Shown piece by piece: positions 50,366 to 61,100 of a DNA stretch of 64,000 nucleotides (its first letter is position 1; each line of letters begins with the position of its first letter). The stretch spans positions 60,016,001-60,080,000 of the forward strand of contig CM052828.1 of the NCBI GenBank assembly GCA_028534125.1, given 5' to 3'. A program made the position numbers and the translations under genes. The notes beneath the pieces are model-generated. The model searched no databases, was not told the origin of the DNA, and was given only the letters and a program-made list of their open reading frames with translations. Origin of the DNA: Lama glama. Taxonomy: Eukaryota.

Positions 50366-50583
50366 CAGCGTTGTTTTTAACGAGGGCAGCTTTGCCCCTA
50401 GGAGGCACTTAGGGGTGACTGGGACGTTTTCGGTTGCCACAGTTGGGTGAGGGTGCTGCCGCCCCTCAGTGAGTAGAGGCCAGAGCTGGTGCTCAGCACC
50501 CGGCAGCGTCCCGCCTGGGCCAGCCCCCTGGCAGAGAGCGAGCTGACCCTACGTGTCCAGAGCGCTGGGGCTGAGAAGTGCGG
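50366..50583 (+). mobile_element. MER20 (hAT-Charlie MITE), near full length
   Basis: ctttgcccctaggaggcactt...gacgttttcggttgccacagttggg...agtgagtagaggccagagctggtgctcagcaccc...gctgagaa follows the recalled MER20 consensus end to end. Confidence 0.8.
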
Positions 50584-51919
50584 CGCCTGGGCTGTGCTGT
50601 TGGGTCAGATGCAGGGCGTGAGAGGGTGAGGCTTTCAGCCTGCGCACCTGCCAGATGAGGAGCAGGCAGCGAGGCCCAGGGCCTGAGGCCCCGGGGAAGG
50701 GCTGGGCTGGTGGTGGAAAGTCCCGAGTTCTCCGCGCTTCTGTGTTTTTTTCAAGCTGTGAGACTGAATAGATGGAAGAGAAAGACAGGGAGAGTCTTAG
50801 GTGAGCTGGCAGAGGAGACTTGAAGGAGGGACCGGAGTTTTCTGTGAGTTGGGGGAGAGCTCTCGCCTGCATGCCCTCTGTAGCTCGTGCCTGTGTGGCA
50901 AGTATTTAGCGAACTTGATAGCTTTGGGTTACACTCTGATTTCCTAAGTGATTTTCACCTTTGTGACGTTCAGGGCCCTAGAGATTTTCCTAGTTCGTGG
51001 AACAGTCTGCCACATAGAAGCTGCGTGCTGTCCTCTTGTCCACCTGCTGTCTCTGAGCCCTGTGCTGGGAGGCGGCTCTGGGAGGGCGTTCAGCACAGCG
51101 TCCCAGGAGGCCGGCCCTTCCTGGCCTTGTCGTGCTGTCCCTGCGCTTGCGTGACGCGAGTGTGCCTGTCCCGCCTGAAAACAGCAATCCGATCACACCA
51201 GCTGGACCCTTGCTGTCGCTCAGAGGTCGTTTTCCACAGGCAGAAGGGTGACTTGCCCTGGAAGTTTCCTTGCAGCGTGTCCTGGAGGGAAGCTAGTTAA
51301 ATGTTATTACGGAAACCTGTTCAGCGACTGGTCCCAGCTCGTGAAATTCAAGTCCGTTTCTCAATAAGCTCTTGGTGCTGAAATTCATCTTCAGTCAGGA
51401 GTACTTGGCCCGCCTTGCATGTGTCCATCTTACAATCATGAAATGGTGTTGAGGCTTCTTGATACAGTGACTCCATTCTCCCCACGTGGCTGTGTGAGCG
51501 TAGCTGGGCTTTTTAAAGTAAGTATTTAAGTAACATCTTAGAAACTGTAGAAGAATCTACAAAAGCAGGTCACAGAGTTTAACCATGTGACAGCATGGCG
51601 TGTGCTGGGTGTGAGGGGGTGTGCCCTGTCCGCAGACAACCGGTGAGATGCCCTTAGTCTGGAAGGCTCCACCCGCCATGCCTGTGACCCCTGAGCCTGG
51701 ACGAAGCCAGGATCTGGAGTGACTTCTTCAAGCTGCAGGTTGTCTCTAGATTTCCTGGATTAAGTCTCCACTAGGAATTTGGATCAGAGGAAATGCTCCT
51801 TTCTTTTAAAGCCTTTGGTAAATATGGTCAAGTGGCCTTTCCGAGGATTGTCCCCGTCTCCGCCCCCCAAATGTGGGTGGAGGGGTCTCCTTTCTGACGC
51901 TCACGTCCACACTGAGGAC

Positions 51920-52150
51920 TGTCGTGCTTTCTGCCTGTTGTCAGGCTGGTATGTGAAAACGTGGTTCTTCGTTTTAATTGTCACTTCTTGGTGAGAATGA
52001 ATGTTTTTGTGTTCTGTGCTCTCTTCTGAATTGTTCTTGTTTGTAGCCTTTTCTCACAGGTTGAGGGGTATACTGTTTTTCTTGTGGATTACTAAGACAA
52101 TTTATATACATTTAGAGTATTAATCCTTTGCCAGATACATTGCAGATAAA
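51920..52150 (-). mobile_element. Old L1M ORF2 fragment
   Basis: gttttaattgtcacttcttggtgagaatgaatg...ttctgaattgttcttgtttgtagcctttt...ttatatacatttagagtattaatcctttgccagata. Confidence 0.6.
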
Positions 52151-52339
52151 AAATACATAGAAAAAGTAAAAACGCTTTTAAGAATAACTGTCTTATGACT
52201 ACTGGAAAACAGTTACCCGACAGGAAAACAAAAGGGGAGATGGCTGCTTGTCGCCCTTGTGGGTCAAGTTGATCAGCGTTCACTTAGTGAGCTGTCGCAG
52301 TGGTTTCTGCCCCGTGACGTGTCGTGTGTCCCCGGACAG

Positions 52340-52429
52340 GCACGGCTGCGCTGGAGGAAGACGCCCAGATTCTGAAAGTCATCGAGGCTTACTGCACAAG
52401 CGCCAAAACGCGGCAGACGCTCAATTCAA
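52340..52429 (+). CDS. ARHGEF7: ARHGEF7 exon 18 (90 nt), GIT-binding domain: STAALEEDAQILKVIEAYCTSAKTRQTLNS
   Basis: ggacag|GC ... TCAA|gtaagt. Confidence 0.97.
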
Positions 52430-55127
52430 GTAAGTTTCCCGGGAGCCTCCCGGGGCTCATGGTGCTTCCTTTTGCTTCAGGTCGTGATCTAAGGAAACAG
52501 CCATTGGGCCGCGTGCAGGCTCAACAGCATGGTCCCCCATAAGGGTGCTTCCGTGGCCTGGCAACGTAGGGCATGGCTTCTTCCCCCCAGCATCCCTCAG
52601 TCATTGGGAAGGGTTTGAGCTGTCAGTAAAATGACCGGTTTCTAGAGAATGTTCCACTGGGAAACCTGCGAGGATCAGGTCCTGCGAGGAATTGTGAAGC
52701 TCTCTTTGGCTTAGCGAGCATGTGTTCGAAGACGGAGATTCATTCAGCTCCGCTATTTAAGCTGTTTAAACTACGAGTGTGGTGGTGGAATTTTCCTTTT
52801 TTCTTTTTTTGGCTTTATAGAATTGTCAAAAATAAAGCCTAGAGTAAGAATTCTTTTAGCAGCCCCCACCCTCTTTAAAACGGTCACACTTAAAAATTTT
52901 TGGAAACAGACACCAGTGAATGTGTTGGTAGATTTCAGTGCCACTGAACTTACCTGCATCTTATGCATAACGTCTTAAGTGGAAAAAGCTTAATCTGTTG
53001 TGTGAACAGTAAAAAGCTGGGCTCTTTTTTTTTTAACTTGCCCAGCAGTGGAGAGCGGAGCGCAGGGTGGCGGCAGGTGTGGCCGTGCGTGCGGTTTGCT
53101 TAGGAGAGAGGGGCTCCCGCCCCTCCCCCCTTCTTTCATACTGGACAACTTACATGTCACTTCCAACTTAAACACTTGGTTTCCGTTAGATTTGGTAGTT
53201 TTGGTTCTCTTTCCGTCTCGACTTCAGGCGAAGCGCTCACCTCGTTTTCACCGCCTGCAAAGTGGTGGTTCGAATCAGTGTCGCGTCTGTTGTAAACTGA
53301 CTCTGGGGGGAAAAACAGGTGGGAGAAGGAATTTTCAACTGCTTTGGCTTGTGTTAAAGATGACTGTGGCTATGAGGACAGGGCTAGTAGGATTAAACCC
53401 TGGGTGGAATCTGCAGATGATCTAGAACCTTCTTTAAGGCTGGTGTTGTACATGTCCCACCTCTGATGTTCAGACTTCTGGTCCGTTCTCTGTCTGGTCA
53501 GCAGAGCAGGAGAAAAGTGGAAAGGCCTGATTGTGTGGTGGGTCTGCTGAGAACTGAGCGATGATTTGTGAATACAGGCTGTTGTTGTTTTAAGACATTA
53601 CAGTTTCATATATTTGGTAAGAAAAATTGTTTTTTAAGTAATAGGCTAAAAATGTGACCATAGTTCTTTGGGTTTTGAATTTGAGATTTTTAAAAAATTA
53701 CTCACCTCAACTTCAATTGTTTGAAATAAAATTTGAACTTGTTGGGCTCAGGTGAACAGGCTAGGTGATCTGAGCTGTGTGTGTGTTTGTGTGAGCTGAG
53801 ATTCTTTGTCGCGGAGACAATGCCCTGATGTGCCGTGGTTGCCGGCAGGGTAGCCCGGGGCGGGTGTGGACCTCACCACCTTGCACCTGCGCAGGAGCAG
53901 CACTGGGCAGCACGCCGATTCTTGTTTTTAATGACATCATGGGCTACCACTCTGGGACTTTGGAGGGCTTACAGTCACATATGGCCTTAAACTTGACGTT
54001 CTCAAGAGCAGGCAGGAGGGGGAAACGGATCCCTTGTGCTGGGAAGGTGTGTATTTAAGACACCCAGGAATGGGGCTGGGTGAAAGCAGCTCTCTCCCAT
54101 CTCGCCTGAAGTTCAGTGCTGTTCAGGGTGTGTGGACGCCGAGGAGACACTCGGCCAGGCATCGTGAGTGCTGATTTCTTTCTCAGGGTGTCGTGGCTTC
54201 ACAGACGGTAGGGATTTGGTCGGTGGGACCCAGGCTGGTCCACTGCCTGTTCTTGTTACGTCTTGGGAATGGGTCAACCTTTGCTCAGAAGCAGGAACAG
54301 AACGGAGCCAGAGGGGCCCCTGGTGCCCCCCAAGTGTGACCCCAGCACCCTCTCCTGGCCCATTCCAGCCTGCACCCCAACCCACAGCTGCCCGGCCAGC
54401 CTCATCGCTCGCAGTCGCCAGCCACTTATGGGCTCGTTTCTGTTCTTCACTTCGTGCCCGCTTCCTCCTGCCGTCCTCCTCACAGAGCGGCGCTGCCTGC
54501 TCAAGCCTCCTGTCCCAGGGGGTCGATGGCGTTTGCACAGACTCCCTGGCCGAGTGCCGGCGAGCCCTAGGGGAGACAGGCTAACTCTGCAGGTGGAGGA
54601 GTGACGGGCAGAGGCAGGGGGGCCCTGTTTCGCCCCTTTCTCCACCTGAACGTGTCATAGGCGTCACAGTTGGGTAAGGTAAGTTTAGACCCCGCTGGTA
54701 AGATGACGTCAGGAGATTTACAGCCCGGGAAGCAGACAGCTGGAGAAAGGAGCCCGAAACCCGTGGAAGGATTTTGCACCCAGTGCATCCACTTCATGAA
54801 TGGGGAATAGGTTTTAATTAAGCCCATAAATGGTGCCTTTCACAAATAATGTCCTAAATGAGACTGTTGATCGAATGTGTAGCAGAATTGGTTGACTTGT
54901 CGCATGTCTTTAGAATTACCTTGTGGACACGGGCTTGGTTTGTTAAAAAAAAAAATAAGTGAGCACTTTATAGCAGTAGGTTTAAACAAGGAGCACTCTG
55001 GAAACAGTATCATGATTCAGGTTTATTTAAATAATTGCTCTAGTTTTATTCTAAAGGTTGTGCTAATTAATAAATTCGTTATTAAAACCCAGCCATAAAT
55101 AAGGAGAAGTGAACATTGTTGCCAATT

Positions 55128-55266
55128 TGTAACAGTATTTTCTCTTTCCCTTCTCTTCCCGTCACCTTTTGCTTTTGTTTCCATGTTTTTGGTTGTGGCT
55201 CCCCTGCCGTCCTTCTGCTCTCCCCTCCTCTGCCTGTCCCCTGTCTGCCCCCCCCCCCCGTCTTAG
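55128..55266 (+). promoter_or_regulatory. Extended polypyrimidine tract / AG-exclusion zone with candidate distant branch point for exon 19
   Basis: No AG between 55136 and 55264; tgtaac at 55128-55133. Confidence 0.75.
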
Positions 55267-55481
55267 CATGGCAAGGCACTGACCTGATGCATAATCACGT
55301 CTTGGCTGACGACGACCAGTCAAGCCTAGACTCCCTGGGTCGTCGCAGCAGCCTTTCCCGCTTGGAGCCTTCAGACCCCTCGGAAGACTCTGACTATGAC
55401 AGTATATGGACAGCCCATAGTTACAGGATGGGTTCTACATCTCGTAAGAGCTGTTGCTCATATATCTCTCACCAGAACTAA
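55267..55481 (+). CDS. ARHGEF7: ARHGEF7 exon 19, neural insert. Either a 177-nt cassette (to 55443, 59 aa, betaPix-b type) or a terminal exon read through to TAA 55479-55481 (...SRKSCCSYISHQN*, beta2-PIX/betaPix-d type)
   Basis: tcttag|CA TGG CAA; internal donor TCTC|gtaaga at 55443/55444 keeps phase 1-1; read-through gives 625 aa from ATG 18691. Confidence 0.96.
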
Positions 55482-55505
55482 CGCACTTCTGAGCTTTCCT
55501 TAACG

Positions 55506-55645
55506 NNNNNNNNNNNNNNNNNNNNNNNNNNNNNNNNNNNNNNNNNNNNNNNNNNNNNNNNNNNNNNNNNNNNNNNNNNNNNNNNNNNNNNNNNNNNNNN
55601 NNNNNNNNNNNNNNNNNNNNNNNNNNNNNNNNNNNNNNNNNNNNN
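55506..55645. other. Assembly gap (N), 24 nt after the exon 19 stop codon
   Basis: Run of N. Confidence 1.
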
Positions 55646-57986
55646 CCACCCAAGTTCCTGACCGTGGAAGGGGACCCTGTGCGCACACAGCCTCGACCTG
55701 AGGGTCTTCTCTCAGTGCTGGTTTGCAGCCCCAGAGGGTTGGGTTTTTATTGCCCGTGTAGCACCTGTCTCATTTTTTTTTTAGATCAGCTGTATGAACA
55801 CTTTTGTATTTTATACTGAAACCACAAAGGTTTGTGATATAAGTGCCAGCGACACGGAAGGCACCCTGGCCTTCTGTGCAGGGATCTAAGTTTTATGTGT
55901 CCTGGACACAGCGATGCAGGAGAGATGAGAAGAAACGCGTCTGGAGTCCTGAGTCCAGTTCAGACGGCCGAGTGCCGGGCCTCTGCAGGGTGCCGTGTGA
56001 CCACAGAGAGCCCTTGCTGGCGTGGCTGCTGTATCTCTGGGCAGGAGCGGGAGGGCTTGTCCACACCCCCACCGTGTGTTCCCGTGTCCCCGCTTCCCCG
56101 CAGCCCAGACACCCACTCATCGCACCACACCTTCCTCAGTTGGAGTAATTTCTCATTAAAGTCACTTGGCAGGCCTGCACCACTCCACTGGAGGACTAGC
56201 GTCCAGCCTCTGAGCGTGTAGTTCTGGCTGTGTCACAGGGGCATCTGGTGTGCGTGCCTGAGAGGGAGAGGGCTGGGCCTCAGTCACAGCGGGGCCGCGC
56301 CCCACCGCCCACATCTGTACTCACTGCCTGTGACGGACACGTGTGTGTTTTCAGCCGCGAGCTGCAGGGAAACCACTTGCAACCACCCAGTGGAATGGGA
56401 CCACCCTTGATTGTTGTGGGGGGTTCAGTTGGCTGCAACTTACTCAGCTGCCATGTAACTCAACTTACAAGAACATCTCACATCTGAGGGCGCCCCCACT
56501 TTCCTGGGATTTGTTGTAAGGTAATTTCTCTGCCCTCACTCAGACTGATTTCTGCCTCGGCAAGAACTGAAAGTGCCACGTGGCGGTCCACACGGGTCAC
56601 TGCTGGGGGAGGGAGCGTGTGCTCCCTTGCGTGCTCTCCTTGGGGTTCCATGGGAGCGAAGGGCTCAGCGTTAAGGACGCCCTGAAACCAGCTTCAGAAA
56701 ACGAGATGCCATGATCAGTTGGGAGTAATGATTTCTCCTCTCTTCAGGGTGGCCGTGACCCTCTGCTCCCACCGCACCTCCTGAGCCCGGCCCGTGTGTT
56801 CAGTGCTCTGCCCTCGTTAGCGCAGAGACGACTCTGGCGCGCTCGGCCCTCGTGTCCTGGGAGCTGGCCCCGCTGCTCACGGCCCCGCGGTGCCGGCACC
56901 CTCCCGTGCCGCTCAGACAGCCCGCGGTTCCAGGACCGCGCAGTGGAGGCGCTGGGAGAGCGGCCCCTCCGGATGCCTATCTGTTCCCAGTGGCTGCCGA
57001 GCTGCCCACTTTGGGGAGTTGCGTTCGCTTTTAAAACAATCCATGCGACTAGGAAGCTGAGGAGCAGCCCTCCGAGTTAGAGCCCAGTGCTGACCCGCTG
57101 GAGAGGGGTCTGTCTGCGTCCAGCCAGATCGCAGATGGAGTGGTAGGAGAAGCAACTGCAGAGTTCACGCGCCCGCCACCTCGCAGCGAGTGAGGCAGTT
57201 CTGGCTTCTCTCACACCGCGTCGGGCGGTCCACGACCGCTTTTCTGGCGCTTGTCGCCGACTCGTCTGCTCGGAGGCCGCGGTGCGTGCTGGCTTTCCTG
57301 CCGCCGCCGCCCTCGGTCAGGCTGCTCGTCTGTGCCAGTGCCGTGTGGCCCACGGCAGCACAGCACTTGCCGCCCTGGGTTCCCCTGGACGCCGGCTGTC
57401 ACTTGGGCTGTCCCGATGAGACGTTTGCATTGGTATTCTTTACGCCAAAGGTGTGACATTTTCCCATGATTCTTTTTTTGTACCAGTTAAAGCCCTTTTG
57501 ATACTGATTTTTGTTGAACAGCCTGGCTGTTTGTCTGTTTGGCACCGTGAGCTCTTGTGACCTGGTTGGCAGTATTGGTGCCCCGGCTTGAAAATGGCTC
57601 TCACGTGGCGGTGGTGACGCGGCATCCGGAGGCCGGGGCTTCCCCACTGTGGGACTTGAGTTATGCCGCAGTAGTATCTTACGTGTAAGCAGTTCTGTAA
57701 CTCCATGTGCACGGTTAGTGTTACCACGGAAGGGTGAGGCATCTGACCTGGGAGGTAGGTCTAAGCTGTTACTGGGCCCTTTGCAAACGGCCTCAGTGGT
57801 GTTTCCACTGAATCGACACTTGCCACAAGTATATGCTATATTAAGTATGTGTTTTGCCTAAAATTGCCAAAACACAGTGACATGTATATAGTGGTATAAG
57901 ACCTTGAAAAAATCTATATATTGTGTTTTTTATCTGTGAACAGGAAAGCCACTGTAAGTGGGTGACCACCGTTGGACACTCAGTTG

Positions 57987-58130
57987 NNNNNNNNNNNNNN
58001 NNNNNNNNNNNNNNNNNNNNNNNNNNNNNNNNNNNNNNNNNNNNNNNNNNNNNNNNNNNNNNNNNNNNNNNNNNNNNNNNNNNNNNNNNNNNNNNNNNNN
58101 NNNNNNNNNNNNNNNNNNNNNNNNNNNNNN
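57987..58130. other. Assembly gap (N)
   Basis: Run of N. Confidence 1.
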
Positions 58131-61100
58131 CTGTTTGTTACACGGTGGGGGGAGCAGCCTAGCCCGCAGGTCAGTGCGAGCCGCCTGTCTGAGGTGGCCC
58201 TTCCGCAGGGGGCCGGGCAGTGGAGCGCTTCGTATCTGCCTGGACAGCAAAACTTGCATGTTCGTAGGTTAAATACGTTCTGGATGATACAGGATCATTC
58301 CTTGTGCGTTTTTATTTCATCTGTTTCCCTCTAATTTTCTTAAAACAAGTTGTAAATCACTGGGAGATTTGTTTTCAGAAAGAGTTCTGTCCCTCTGGGC
58401 AGGGGTGGAGGGGGTAGGGAGGAGGCTGCATAAATGGAAAAAAGCCTAACCGTAGACGTTCTTACGTAGACGAAGGTCAGGTTTTAATTTTGTGTGGTGA
58501 AGTGCATGTCCAGCTGACTAGGAACAGCAAGATTGGAAGGAAGGAAAAGACGCACCTTCGGCAGGTGCAGGGCCAGGACCAGTGATGCTCACATGCACGT
58601 TGTCCTCTGAAGGGGGTCCTCGTGTTCTGTTTTGTTTCAGGAAAAATGAATTTGAATCTTACGGCCATAAATAACAAAGTGGCCTTTCAGAGAGATTTTA
58701 TTAAGTAGATTTTTCTTAGTGTAATACTTTGTTTCATTCTGAAAGTTGCTTAAGTTGCCATTGAGTATAATGAGATGCAGACCTCAGGAAGGTTACCAAC
58801 TGGAGAAGCCATGTGAGTCTGCAGACGCACCAGCCGCCGGCCAGACAAGCAGATGTTCTTTGCTGACAAACCTCCTGTTTTTAGGCTTTTTGTGCAGGCC
58901 AGCCAGCTCCCTCATGCGTGTGCACACAGCGCTGCTGCCCGGATCTGAGGGCCGCGTGTCATCAGCTCAGGCGGGAGGTGGTGCTCTGGCAGCCCGGACC
59001 GCGCCCGGGGCCTGAGGCCTGCTGCTTGCTGCCTGGGCCAGTCCTCTGTCCACAGTGATGTTACGTCCCTCTGTGTTTCTCAGACTGAGGTCCACGGTTC
59101 TCCGGGGGGTCTGTGACCGCTTTAGGGGACAGGGTTCTAAGCATGGCTCCAGCTTCTGGGTGCCACATCTGAGCCAGCTCACGCCTGGCTCCTGCCCCGC
59201 CTCCAGCTGTGCGGTGCAGGGCGACCCCTGCTGGTGGCGGTGCAGAACTGCCACGTGCTTGTTGGGGGGCCGTGGCTGCTGGGTTGGTGGCAACGAGTAT
59301 TATTCATTATGTTCACCCCCACGCTGAACAGCAGCGGAGCCAAGCAGCATTCACGTGTGTTCACAGACACAGGCGGGGTTGTGGGCCAGTCTCGCACTCC
59401 CCAGTTGTCCAGAATGCTGCGGAACGTTGATAGATGGGCACTCGGACACATTTAGGAAATGCCGAAGTTAGATGGGGATTTTTGCTGAAAGCCTCAAACA
59501 TGCTAGATGTGCGCTGTGAGTCTCCAGGAGGTGGCTACAGCATTCAGCGTTTTGCAAAATTACGTGTTGCAGAATCCCAGTTATCGCTTGGAAACACACA
59601 ACTGTGTGTTGAGAAAGCACAGGCCTGGAGTGCGATGGAAGCTTCATGAATGCGCCCATCTGGGTCTCGGCCCCTTTCGGAGGTTCTGAGACAAGCGGCA
59701 GAACTGCCTTCGGTGGTGGTGCTGCCGAGTGGCTTCTCCGAGCCAAGCAACTCAGAGAAAAGTTCCGCGACAGCTGGACAGATACCAAAGTGGTCTTTGA
59801 GCTCTACTTTCTAAAACTTCTGTTTTTATAGAAACAGCCAACTTCTTTATAAACCTGGCTGGAGGATGTTCCTTTGGTGTTTACTGACGACTGTCGGATC
59901 TTTCCCGTCATTTTAGAAAAGGACATTGTGTTGAGACCAGGCAGGTAACTGGCACCCCATGGGTTTCTGTGCAGGCTGAGCAGGAATCTGTCTACAGCCC
60001 CCCGGCTCACCATCACATCCATCGGTGGCACTTCTCAGTACATCCTGTCTGTGACAGAACCTTCTCGTGCTTGCCTGTCTGTGGTCCGCTGCCACTCTCT
60101 CCTGTGGCTTTGCGTGTTTGCAGACGTTAAGGGTGGCATCTTGCACACGCCGCTGGTGACCTGGTCTCACGGGTTTAGTGGCCTGACTCAGTCGCTACCT
60201 AATGGAATTTCAGGCTTTATATTTACGGTTTCGTTTGACAGAAGAGATCTATGAAATGTTCAGTTTTCAGTTAGTCCTCAGAACAGCTCTGCAGAGGCAG
60301 CTGGTTTTGTTGTTCTGTCTTCCGGGTGACGGAACTGAGGCTCTGTGCTTGGGTGACGGGCTGGCTCCTGCGTCCCGGGAACTCCAGCACCTGCACGACA
60401 GCCCCTGCACCCCGACCCACTTCTTCCCTAAGTGGACGTGCCTTGTGATTCTACTGTATATGTCACTTGAAGAACTTACTGCTGCAAACACAGAATGTAG
60501 ATGGGTTGCCTCAGGAGCTGGAAGATGCAAAATGATTGAAAAGACACAGGATTTAATCTTCCTGAAGTGCTATTGCATCAAAACCGTTTCCAGCCTGTTG
60601 TCTCGTTAGCGCATCGGGAGAAATGCTGTGTCTCAGACAGTGCTGACGGACGCGCACTGACAGCTCTCGATTTGACCCTGATGCGGCGGCTGTCTGGGCA
60701 CAAAGCTGCTGATGGTGGGAACCCTCAGCCCTCGGGAATGGAGTGGTCTCGAGCCATCTGCCTGCGTCTCTTTCCAAGGGACTGAGCGAGCCTTTTGCTC
60801 TCTGTACACGTGGTACCCACATCTGAATCTTTAGGAATCCTTGTCAGTTTCTAAGGAAAATAGCGCGAGCTACCTTCTCCTGATAAAAACGTGGGTGACG
60901 TTTGCATTCGTGCTGGAAGGGGGACCATCTGGACCTTCAGAGCTCTTGACCCGGCCAGGGCCTTGTGCTTCCTTGTGATGTGTGTCATGGACCAGTTTCT
61001 TTCTTAAGCAGTATTTTCCCACGTGGCCCGGATATCCCGGCAGTGTTTCCTCTTTACTGAGAAAGGCCCAGAATACAGTGAGCCTGCCAGCCGCGCGCAG

